A DNA stretch of 64,000 nt from the human T2T-CHM13v2.0 reference genome, Homo sapiens, in the NCBI RefSeq assembly GCF_009914755.1, contig NC_060926.1; one strand, written 5' to 3'. The position numbers and the translations under genes were made by a program. The notes under the pieces are model-generated. The model was not told the DNA's origin, searched no databases, and saw only the letters and a program-made list of their open reading frames with translations. This document shows, piece after piece, positions 1 to 11,771 of this stretch (positions within the stretch are counted from its first letter, which is position 1; each line of letters opens with the position of its first letter).

Positions 1-524
1 CAGAGAAACACCACGGAGAGGTGGAGGAGGAGGATGAAGCACTTCTTAAACAGAGGTCGACTAACCAGCAAATTCTTCTTTCTTCCTTTTTTTTTCTTAA
101 AGGGATCTATATTCTAGCTTCTAAAAACTTGAGTCTGAACAGAAATAAAAAGAAAGAGTCGATGCTAACATACAAAACACTCAGCATCTCTCTTTATCAT
201 TTTTTAAAAGGCATGCAATTTTGACAAATGATACATTTCTAAAAGCTTTCTTCTCTATTCAAGATATTAATGTCCATTCTGAATGAAAGATGCCTACATA
301 CTGCCTGCAATCAGTTTCTAGCAACAGACACCCTATGAAGCCCCTAGCAGGGAAGGTGGGGGGAAGGGAGGGATTTCACAAGGAAGGCTGCATTAGATTG
401 GCCACCGTAAGAAAGGAGATAACCAATGAAAATCAAGCAACAGTATTTAAGTACTGTATTCCTAAACTCACTCTGTCTCTGTTTCTCCCTCCTCTCATGT
501 AAGTAAGTTTCTTGCTGGCTCAAG

Positions 525-558
<34 letters not shown>

Positions 559-610
559 GTGGGAAGGTAATGAGAAATGAATGAGTCATGCATTATTGCA
601 AAATGGAATT
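1..610 (-). promoter_or_regulatory. CHN1: Probable internal alpha1-chimaerin promoter and part of its 5'UTR
   Basis: Repeat-free sequence. GGCCAATC (minus, 397-401 core), an opposing AACCAATG (plus, 423-427), G-rich tract 350-372, ATGAGTCAT AP-1 at 581-589, no obvious TATA. Alpha1-chimaerin is known to start from a promoter in the intron downstream of the SH2 exons; placing it here is inference. Confidence 0.6.
527..555. repeat. A29 homopolymer, not attached to an Alu
   Basis: 29 consecutive A in unique sequence. Confidence 0.95.
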
Positions 611-2427
611 TTTTTAACCTATTAAAAGCAGAGGAAAATTAACATACATACAGCACTAGGTTTTAAAAATAATGCAGCACCACTGCCAGGTAAATTATGA
701 AAGGCTAATCTGTATCCTTTGCTCATTATGGACTGAGGTTAGCTAACCAAAACCCAATTTTATTAAAGACAAGGAAAAACTGGTGAGTATTTTGATGAAA
801 GATAAAAGAAGTTTAACTAGGTATCATACTATTTTCATGCAGAACAAGGAGCATGCACATCACATTGCTAACAGCTTGCAGTGGTCAGTTTTGTCTTTGT
901 ATTATGAGTAGTTTTGTTGTGGGCTACACTTACATAGAAGAAACCATTATTTTAATTCTCTAGTCTCAACATTTTTTTTATTCAGAGAGCTTGAGGCCAG
1001 GTCATAGTGGAAGCCAGTTGGGAATAATTCCTTATTTGCACAGATCTCAATTATAGTGTAACTACTTATAGGACCCATATACTTTTTGTTTGCTGGTGTA
1101 GAAACGGGGTGGCTAGGTGAGAGACTTAGCACAACTTGACTTAGGAGCAATACCTACATTTTTTCACTAAGGTGCTACAGGATGCTTACATTTCCCATTT
1201 TGGTTCCCTAAGTACGTCCTATCATCTGTTTCTCATGCTATAATAATTAAGTTAAACCAATTATGCCAATGTTACACTGTATTTAAAGCATCTAAAATTC
1301 TATGTATTTAAATGGATTCAGTATATTTGTAGTGTAAATACTTTAATCTCAGATTTCATAATCTACAGGAGGTATGTGCCCAGTGCATATTCTACTTTAA
1401 TTAGGGCATGAAGTGGTTCTTAAGCTATGCTAGACATTAAAAATAACAAATGACTGATTTTCTAAACATCCCTAAATTATTTTTGTTTACTTCAGTCTTT
1501 AGTCCCTTTTATTTTTCTAAAATTATGTCTAAGTAAATAAAAGGCAAAATTTATTTACATAGGAGTTTCAATTTCATGAGTTTATATACTTAGATAATTA
1601 ATATGAGACATAAAATGCTCCCACTGCAAGAAGAAATGCAATGGAAAAAGTCTCCTTGCCTAGCCTAAATTGCTTTTCAGATTGGACCTATTTTGTCACA
1701 TGATGACTAAAAATATAACGGCCAACCGACTCTTTAGACATGTACAGCCTAAAGTGAAGTTTAACCAATTCTCAGTAGGAACCAGAAAAAAACAGCTCCA
1801 AACACAAGTTGAACAGTAAAATTTTTTCTTCAACAATATTTGATATCAAGTTACTAAGTTAAAACAATCACACATGTAACCAAAGTAGCATCTTTTTCTT
1901 GAGTATTTTTGATCAACATCCTATTTTATAGATCATTCCTGGTTCTACAGCTATAGTTACTAAAATTCAAGCATAAAAATATTCATGATAGTTACCCAGA
2001 AAATTTATAGCTAGGTAAAAGTAAACATTTTGTCATTCAGAGGTAAGGTCTACTGTAGACTCTGCAGATTGTACTGTATTTCCTGAGTAATGTTCTATTT
2101 AGTCAAGAAATTCTGGATTAACTGCAATCTGAGCAGCTACCTAGGGCAGTAAGGAGATAGAAAACAACAGCTTAGGATGAAAACAGCGTTGGCTACTCTC
2201 AAATGGCTAAGGGTTTGGTCACTATTATGCCTTCAACATGGCAGTAACTGCACTTCTGCATTAATTTTGGTGAAGAACTTGTAAATAACAAAAATTGATA
2301 ACTCTAAAATTCAGAACCAATATAATCAATAGTCTGACATTCTAGACAAATGTGTATCACTCATGCTTACAATATCTAGTAGATAGCCATCTACTCATAT
2401 ATAGAATCTATTAATTACGGTTATCAC

Positions 2428-2605
2428 TTATTAGTTATTGAGTACATATATTCCAGACACCCAACTAAGCACTTTATACATAGAATCCCACTGAATCCAC
2501 AGATAAACCCTATGAGGCATAAATTATCTTAATTTTATAGTTGAGAGGGCTGAGGCCTACAGTTTACTTCCCAAAGTTGCACAGCTAGTAGGTGGGGGGG
2601 CTGGG
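2428..2605 (-). mobile_element. MIR SINE relic
   Basis: ctaagcactttatac...attttatagttgagagggctgaggc...cccaaagttgcacagctagtagg matches the reverse MIR core. Confidence 0.75.
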
Positions 2606-2829
2606 CTCATAAACACTACACTATATCCACCCAGGTGAGAAAATGAGAGGAAACCATGGAGTCTTCTCTCTGATTCTATTCAAGGTGGTTTCTCTAGTTA
2701 CCTTCTTTCAATTTTGAGGAGTAGGAATAGATGGTAAGACAGACTAGCAGTAATTATCAATGGATGGTAAGAAAAATGTAGTAACCAAGATCTTATGATC
2801 TCAAGTTTAGCATGTAGTAGGAAATGCAG

Positions 2830-3085
2830 ACTTCAAGGCTCAATTCAAACACCCCCTCCTACGTGATGGCTTTGATAATCTGCACCAATTAGAAGTGATA
2901 TCATCCACTTGTGAACCTCACAGTCTTTCACTGGTTCATTAGTTATGGGACTGCCACATGCTACCTCATATCAGTTATCTGTGTAGCTGTTTAAATAGAA
3001 TTAGGCTTTATGTGTATTTCTACACACCTTGAATCTAGCATAGCAGCTTACACAAAAAAAGGTTCAATATATATTTGGTTAAAAA
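2830..3085 (+). mobile_element. L2 3' end relic
   Basis: aaggctcaattcaaacacccc...tctagcatagcagcttacaca...ttcaatatatatttggttaa resembles the L2 terminus. Confidence 0.45.
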
Positions 3086-3119
3086 ATAAAACCAAATGAA
3101 GGCAGCTATTTTTATTGGG

Positions 3120-3330
3120 GGGCAGTGTGGTATAATGAAGAAAATATGATTTAAAATCAGAGAAACTGAAGTTTGAATACTGACCTTGGGAGTTCTGCTT
3201 TGTTTCTTGGTTACCTCATCTACATAATATGAATAATAATACCTGTCTCACAGGTTACTGGGAAGTTTAAAGAAATGACATACAAAAAAGATTATCTGCA
3301 GGGAGTAACCAATAAATGACAGGATTACAG
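3120..3330 (+). mobile_element. MIR SINE relic
   Basis: ggcagtgtggtataatg...cctcatctacataatatgaataataatacctgtctcacaggtt. Confidence 0.7.
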
Positions 3331-3599
3331 GGGTGCTGAGCCCAATATTAGCTGTAGGTATATAGTGTAAGTATAAGACACAGGTCCCTGCCCTCAAGGA
3401 GTCTGTAATCTGCTTTAGGTCTATACCACATAAGCATGCCTGGAAACACTGCCCTTCCCATTGTGTTTTGTCTCTACCCAATTACCCATACTCTGGATCT
3501 AATCCTAATTTTTAAAAGGCATATAATGGCATATAATGACATGTATGCCAGCTGAGGAAGCAGATTAGGAGAGAAGTGGAAAGTGGCAAGAAAAGGAGA

Positions 3600-3830
3600 T
3601 ACTCAGTATTGTTAAGGATCCAGGAACACTGCTTGATGCTTCCCAAGGCTGTCTTATCTATTGTACCCACAGCCATCCTGGGAAGCATGTTGCATAATGG
3701 TCACTTTATAGATGAGGAAACTGGGGCTCACAGAGTGAGTTGCTCAAGGTCACACAGTCAGGATGTGGAGGTCTGAGCTCAGAATCCCCATCTTTTGTCT
3801 TCAAAGCCTGACAGCTCTTTCTGCTACCTT
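3600..3830 (-). mobile_element. MIR SINE relic
   Basis: cactttatagatgaggaaactggggctcacagag...ttgctcaaggtcacacag core. Confidence 0.8.
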
Positions 3831-4043
3831 ATGAGAGTAGTATATAAACATAAGGTGTTAAGCATATAGCACCTCTCATATTCTGGCTCTATAAAACAGA
3901 AGAAATAGTTTAACTGGGTGGGAGCCTAAACTGGTTGGGCACATATCTTACAAGGTCATTCTTGATAGAAACATTAACAGTATCTACCTTGTTATTTTGA
4001 CTGGGAATCCTTGACCTGTTGTGGGACCTGATCCTGCCCATCC

Positions 4044-4333
4044 TTTTTTTTGAGACAAGGTCTCACTCTATTGCCCAGACTGGAGTGCAGTGGTGTGACC
4101 AGAGCTCACTGCAGCCTCAACCTCCTGGGCTCCATTGATCCTCCCACCTCAGCCTCCTGAGTAGCAGGGACTAGAGGCACATGCCACTACACCCAGATAA
4201 TTCTTGTATTTTTTTTCTAGAGATGGAGTTTCTCCATGTTGCCCAGGCTGGTCTGGAACTCCTGGGCTCAAGTGATTCACTGGCCTCAGCCTCCCAAAGT
4301 GCTGGGATTATAGGCGTGAGCCATCGCACCCAG
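4044..4333 (-). mobile_element. AluJ
   Basis: Full dimer with J-type gcagcctcaacctcctgggctc. TSD tgatcctgcccatc at 4029-4042 and 4334-4347. Confidence 0.95.
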
Positions 4334-4488
4334 TGATCCTGCCCATCTTGACACAGATATCAATTCTGTAGGTTCATCTGAATGAGGCCTGGAAAATGGG
4401 ATGGGGAACGGGCAGATTCCACAATCCTCTGTTTCTACCTTTGTCCATACTATCTGCAATATAGAGAGGAGGACTATAAAAACGGTAA

Positions 4489-6835
4489 GGAGGAAGTCCT
4501 AGCCAGAACAATCAGACAAGAGAAATAAAAGGAATCCAAATAGGAAAAGAAGAAGTCAAACTATTTCTCTTCATTGACAATATGATTCTATACTTAGGAA
4601 ACCTTAAATTAGACTCTGGCAAAAGGCTACCAGAACTGATAAATGATTTTACGAAGGTTTCAGTTTACAAAATCAATGTACAAAAATCAGTAGCATTTCT
4701 ATACACCAATAATGTCCATGCTGAGAGTCAAATCAAGAACATAATCCCATCTGGGCACAGTGGCTCACACCTGTAATCCCAGCACTTTGGAAGGCTGAGG
4801 TGGGAGGATCACTTGAGGTCAGGAGTTTGAGACCAGCCTGGCCAACATGATGAAACCCCTTTTTTTCCTCTATTAAAAAAAAAAATACAAAAATTAGCCG
4901 GGTGTGGTGGCAGGCACCTGTAACCTCAGCTACTTAGGAGGCTGAGGCAGGAGAATCACGTGAACCTGGGAGGCAGTGGTTGCAGTGAGCCGAGATTGCA
5001 CCACAGGACTCCAGCTTGGGTGACAGAGATTCTGTCTCAAAAAAACAAACAAAACCGGTAACGAAAACATAATCCCATTTAAAGTAGCCACAAAGAAAAT
5101 AAAATACCTGGGGATATGGCTAACCAAGGAGGTGAAAGATCTCTACAAGGAGAACTACAAAACATTGCTGAAAGAAATCAAAGATGACACAAATAAATGG
5201 AAAAATATCACATGCTCATAGATTGGAAGAATCAATTCATAAAAATGGCCATAATGCCCAAAGCAATTTATAGATTCAACACTATTCCTGTCAGATTACC
5301 AACATCATTCTTTACAGAATTAGAAAAACCTATTCTAAAATTCATATGAAACCAAAAAAAGAGCCTGGCTAGACAAAGCAATCCTAAGCAAAAAGAACAA
5401 AGCTGGAGGTATCACACTACCTGACTTCAAACTAAGTTATAACGTTATAGTAACCAAGACAGCAAGGTACTGGTACAAAAACAGACACACAGACCAATGG
5501 AAGAGAGCAGAATACCAAGAAATAAAGCCTCACACTTAAAACAATCTGATCTTCGACAAGGCTGACAAAAATAAGTAATGGAGAAAGGACTCCCTAAGAA
5601 ACAAGTAATGGGAAAAGGATTCAATAAATAGTGCTGGGATAACTGGCTAGTCATATGCAGAAGAATGAAAATTGGATCCTTACCTTTCACCATATACAAA
5701 ACTTAACATGGATTAAAGATTTAAAGATCTCAAACTATAAAAATCCTAGAGGAGAACCTAGGAAATACCCTTTTTCGTATCAACTTTGGGAAAGAATTTT
5801 TGTGTAATCCCTAAAAGCAACTGCAACAAAAACAAAAATGGACAAGTGGGCCTAATTCAACCGAAGAGCTTGTGCACAGCAAAAGAAACTATCAATAGAG
5901 TAAGCAGACAATTTACAGAATGGGAAAAATATTTGCAAACTATGCACCCGGCAAAGGTCGAATAACTGAAGTCTATAACAATCTATAACAAACTTAAATC
6001 AACAAGCAAAAAACAACCCCAATAAAAAATGGGCAAAGGACATGAACAAACACTTCTCAAAGGAAGACATATAAATGGCTGACAAACATATGAAAAAATG
6101 CTTATCATCACTAATCATCAGAGAAATGCAAATCAGAACCAAAATGAGATACCATCTCACACCAGTCAGAAATGCTATTATTTAAAAAGTCAGAAAACAA
6201 CAGATGCTGATGAGGCTGTGGAGAAAAGAGAACACTTATACAATGTTGGTGGGAATATAAATTAGCTCAGCCACTGTGGAAAGCAGTTTGGGGATTTCCC
6301 AAATAATTTAAAACAGAACTACCATTCGACCCAGCAATCCCACTACTAGGTATATACCCAAAGGAAAACAGATCATTATACCAAAAAGACACATGCACTT
6401 CCATGTTCATCACAACACTATTCACAATAGAAAAGAGACGGAATCAACCCAGGTGCCCATCAATGGTGGACTGGATAAAGAAAATGTGGTACATACACAC
6501 TATGGTATACTATGCAGCCATTAAAAAACATCATGTCCTTTGCAGCAACATGGACAGAGCTGGAGGCCATAATCCTAAACAGATGAATGCAGGAACAGAA
6601 ACCCAAATAATGCATGTTCTCACTTACATGCAGAAGTTAAATGCTGAGCATGCACGAACATAAACTTGGGAACAATAGATACTGTGAGCTACTAGAAGGG
6701 AGAGGGTGGGATGCATCTAAAAACTACCTATTGGGTACTATGTTCGCTACCTGAGTGCAATATACCCATGTCACAAACCTGCACATGTACGCCCTGTATC
6801 CACAATTAAAGTTGAGTGAAAAAATAAATAAAAAT
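4489..6835 (+). mobile_element. 5'-truncated L1 (L1PB/old L1PA-like), degenerate ORF2 3' half plus 3'UTR, antisense to CHN1
   Basis: ggaagtcctagccagaacaatcagacaagag... ORF2 RT/C-terminal fragments (track ORFs 4582, 6403); 3'UTR aaaactacctattgggtactatg; A-rich tail; many stops. Confidence 0.95.
4751..5065 (+). mobile_element. AluS nested in L1
   Basis: Full dimer. TSD aacataatcccat at 4738-4750 and 5066-5078. Confidence 0.95.
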
Positions 6836-7269
6836 GTAAAGTACTATGTTAATACTTCAAAAAATATGATCAAATTTTCATAGCAGATCTTTGCATTTTA
6901 CAATAAAGTGTTTAAAATACTATATTCTATTTTTCTCATTTTAATACTGTTTTGTTATTATAATTACTATGATCAATTTTACTCAGTGCCAAACTGAGAA
7001 CCACTTTTCACCTGTTTGTGAAGAGACATGGATTTTAAGCCACAATGTACATTGCCTATGTCACTGAAAAGAAAAAAAAAAGGTAAGGGGTGGGGTAGAG
7101 GAGCAGTGTGAGGAATAAGAAATAGAAGGTGAAATAGGTGACCTTGAATAGGAACACATTCACTGTTTTTCAAATAAATTCCCACTGATCTTACTACCCT
7201 GTCATTTTTCCAATAAGCAAAAATCCACAAATACTGGATTTGCATTGAGCTAGCGTCTCATTTTCACCA

Positions 7270-7515
7270 AGTGTGGTAAAATAGGAAACTCAAGGGCTCT
7301 GGGGCCAGACAAAAGTGCTAACCTTAACTCTGTCATTTATTGGCTATGGCACCTCCTTGGTCAAGTAACTGATTTATTTCTGTCTTTGTTTCTTTATATG
7401 TAAAATGAATTGAAAATACTTATGGTATAGAATTATTAGGAATCAAATGAGATACTATGTGGGAAGCATTTTTGCATTACTTCTGGCACAGAAAGGAAAT
7501 CAATAAATGGAAGTT
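7270..7515 (+). mobile_element. MIR SINE relic
   Basis: ccttggtcaagtaact...ttctttatatgtaaaatg...attaggaatcaaatgagat...tctggcacagaaaggaaatcaataaatg. Confidence 0.7.
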
Positions 7516-8399
7516 TGCCTCTCTTTCCTTGTGTCAAAGGACCTACATTTCCAAGATCAGAGTTAGCATAATTTGTGACTATGATATGGATTAAAGACCT
7601 ACGGCCATTGTTCTATGCAATGTGAGCTCAGGTCAAATTATAACCAATAATTTAGGGACACATTATAAGCATCACTGTTATGCAATTTTTACTTTACCTT
7701 ATTTCTGGCAATTTTATAATTAAAAGAACATCCATGCTCATACTCAGTAATCCCATCAAATCCTGCTTATAGGAAAGGGTCTTATCAATTCACACTAAAG
7801 TACAAATGACCAATTATACTCTTTTCCACAAATACCTAGTTTTTAATGTGGGATTGAGACTTAAGCCAAAGAAATAATTCTCTAACTAATAAATGTCAGG
7901 ACTTATTTATAGTCAGAATGTTCTCTAGGACACTGGAAGGACCTCATGTAACATAAAAAGCCACCTCCTTTGTAACATCAAGGTGATACCATAGAATCAT
8001 TAGCACAATGCTCCAGTTATCAAAGCTAAGTCAACAATCCATCCAAAAAGCACCACAGAGGAATGTTCTAGCTGGCAGGACCCTTACGATTGGGAAGGTG
8101 CTGAGTAACTGGATTAACTCTTGGGTAATATGAGTTTCTCATTCAGGTTTAGTGAAATCCTGCAATTTCTATAAAATGTTAAAATTGAGGCACAAACAAC
8201 ACAGCTTTCCTGAAACCTCCAAAATCAAGTTATAACATAAACATTTATGGATTCAAGCAAATTCAACTCAACTTAGATACACAGATTATTCTTACTTGCA
8301 TACCCTGAATTATAATATGTAACCTATTTTTTCTCCATTAGAGCCAAGAGTGGAATATATTCCAAGGTACTTAACAATAATATGTCAGCTTCCATTAAT

Positions 8400-8710
8400 T
8401 AACTGACAATTGCATAACACGGTACTAGTAAATGCTTTACATGTATGATAAAGTTTAGTTGTCAAACAACCAGTAAGGTAGTTATTACAATTCTCATTTT
8501 ATAGATGAGAATTGTATACTTAGACTTAAAGACTTTTAAGAATTGTATACTTTAAAGACTTAAAGAAACACTATTATAGATGAAGAAACAAAAGCTCTGA
8601 TAAATTAAGTATCTTGCTGAAGGTCACCTAACTAGTACATGATGAAAGTAAGACTTGAATCCATGTCTATTTGACTTCAAATTGTCTCTCCTCTAGACTA
8701 TCCTGCCTCT
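8400..8710 (-). mobile_element. MIR relic interrupted by a ~65-nt patchwork insertion
   Basis: ctcattttatagatga...ttatagatgaagaaac...aagtatcttgctgaaggtcacctaactagta. Confidence 0.75.
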
Positions 8711-11700
8711 CATATTATCTGTTATTAACATGCCATTTTGAAAGGTTGCCATTTGAATAAATTTCTGGAGCATTTATATTCCAGTGCCGCTCAGATCACT
8801 AGGCCTTTTACTACTGCTGTATTTGAATTTGAATACTGCTGTATTTGAATCTGGTGACTACCAGATTCAACAATCAAGCAAAATTTTCAAATGTATTTTA
8901 AGTCTAACATTAGAGACTTCTGTATCAGAACTCTATAAATTCCTTAAATTATGTTGGGATAAATAAATTTTTATATTACACAGAAAACTCAACATTATGC
9001 TAGGACTCAATTTTTATGCTACTGGCAGCAATCACATCATAATTCCTAACTCAGTCTTCATTACATAGCTCCTCTAGCATTAACATAATATCCATCTAAA
9101 CAGATAACAATAAGGCACATCAGTGCATCCATCTCCGTATATAATAAATTTAAATCACACTATACTAACACTGCCACTACCAAATGTTGTATACTCTGAC
9201 CAATTCACCTGCTCCCTGATCGATTCACATGCAATAATATTTAAACATAAGACATCTGAAAACAATGCAAACAAAAAAGGATAGCCCTTGCATTCCTCTT
9301 TCAAGAAACAATAGAAATATGAGAAATTCTCCAAGCACCAGCTGTGAAGGGAGCTTTTTCACACTACGTGAAGAACACTATGCCCAAGGAGGAGGGGGTG
9401 GAATGGCACACAGCCTGGCTTCCAAGCCTTGTTCTTACTGCTATTCGACAAGCCACTTAGCTTTTCTAAGTCTCAGGCCTGGGGACTAAATGAGCTCTAT
9501 GGTCTTCTCTATATTTTTAATAGAAATGCAAAAGGAAAGAAAAGGTTCATACTCATTTAGCACACAAGTATGTGCTGAAAGATTTGGGGATGTTTATGAG
9601 GGAAAGGCCTGCTGGCTGTATCAAGTGGGTCTTCAGAAGGTAGCTCTGGCAAATTTACAATGGGCTTTTGGCTGGTACCCAATCAAGTAGGCTCAGAAAT
9701 GGAGTTTGTCAGCACTATTCCTTAAGCGGAGACAAAAAATACCAAGCTCATGAAACTCATAGGTAAATCAGAATGGCACTTGTCTAGTTTATAACAAAAT
9801 ATAATGAGATACAGTTATTAATATCATAAAGTAGTGACCAACATGCTCTTTTTGGTAGCACACCTACACTGCAAACAAAAAATAATTAGGAAGTTGGTGG
9901 GAATGGAATTGGAGCAAGTAGAGTGAGATAAATTGAATACTTAATGTGTAGAGTTAGAACAACCTTTACAATTAGGATGGCCTTGCTGATGGACTAGAAT
10001 ACTCAGCGTCCATTTCGTGGGTCTCCCCTCACTTTAGGTCTGTGCTTGAATTGGCATAATCAACTTCTACCTATTTCAGTCCCCTCTTTAAGTTATTTCT
10101 TTATGATTTTACATATCATTGCTCAGATATCTTAGGTGATCTTAAAGTTAATTCATAAGATACAGTCTTATTTTTTCACTTATAAATTCTTGGAGGGTGG
10201 CAGATTGTGGTCCTGATGTATTGGTAACAACCTATACTATAAACGGAACATGTCCTTATTCTGAATTATGCAACAATATATAAATATAAACGAAATTATA
10301 TAAGAATAAAATGTTCTAATCTAACACTATCTAATGTTTGGTTACCAGGAATGATGGTTGTATAACAACATTCTTCCTAGGCTCTTCCTAATCAAAAGCT
10401 GAAACTGGGCTTCATGAGAAGGTCCTCTTGATCTTCCCCCCAACCCCCATGAATCTGAGGGGATACTTGGGGAAATGTGCCATTACATTTTTATTTTTGT
10501 CAATTTTTACCCAATTTTTGACACCTATTACCTGCAAGACTTAAAGAAACACTATTATTGTTCTGTGGCAATAGAGAAGGTGAAATCAGAGAAGGTCTAA
10601 CACTTTGTCAACAATAAGGAACTTTAAATCTAGTGCAAAATTCTTGAATCATAAACATTTTCACTTTTTCAAAAAGCTTTTGGATATAATATACATATAA
10701 AAAATACAACTAAAAGGCAGACTCAGATTGATATTATTAGGAGTGTTTTCAGATTTTAAACTGCTATATGAGGTTATTTCAAGTTATTGCATCTCAGCAA
10801 ACACTCTATACTCACTAATTTAATGGAGGCAATCTAGTATATCAAAACAAAAGCTAAAGGTTGTATTTTTAGTTTTCTCATTCCTTTAGTGACTTCTGTT
10901 GATTAGGCTGGGATGAAGCCTAAGTGATTTGGTTATTTTAAAAAGGGCCTGTTACAGACTTCTTTAAACTTCAGTTAGAAAAGCTAATTTCCTTTCTATG
11001 GCAAAAATAAACCACAGTTTGATTAGAATATATCAATTGTAATTTATTTAAAATATTCATTTTAAGCCTCAATAGAGATATATATTGATTCATGGTATAA
11101 AGCAGATTTGTGATCTTCAAACATACTTTTGAAAATTTGCTTTTATTTTGAAAATGGCAACAGTGGCCTGAAGACAAAAGATTTAACGTTTATAAACAAT
11201 TACCCTGGGAAGAAGTACAAGCATGGGCATAAATCACAGATGTGTTAATTGTCCACTGTCCTGCCATACATTTAATTTTCTTTGTAATGACTCTGCTATA
11301 CTTATTGCACGTTTTATAAGATAATGATGTTTGAAAAGTAAAAGTAGCTTGCTTTTGGGCATTTTCTAAAACAAACTTTTTATATCATGTCCATAGCATT
11401 TCATTTATGAAATTCCTGTTAGTTCAAAGGATCCTAATAAAACTAATAGAAAACTTAACAACCCCTAACTTATATGCTCTTCATATAAGAGATAGTCATT
11501 AGGTTCTTATTTTTATACAGACTGTGTCCCATATGGAACTCAGTATCTTAAGAGTGATTTGAGGCATCTGTACAAGGTCCACATGTGGTCAGTATGTTAG
11601 AAAGGAAGACACAGAAAGTCAGACTGCAACAAGTGGCACTTGTGAGGAAGAAGAAAAGATTAAAGGATGATTAATATCTTTCAGTGACATTTTAATGGAC

Positions 11701-11729
11701 TGAGAAAAATCTACCATGCTGATTTCCTC

Positions 11730-11733
<4 letters not shown>

Positions 11734-11768
<35 letters not shown>
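11734..11768. repeat. (AC)17 microsatellite
   Basis: Pure AC run. Confidence 0.95.
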
Positions 11769-11771
<3 letters not shown>

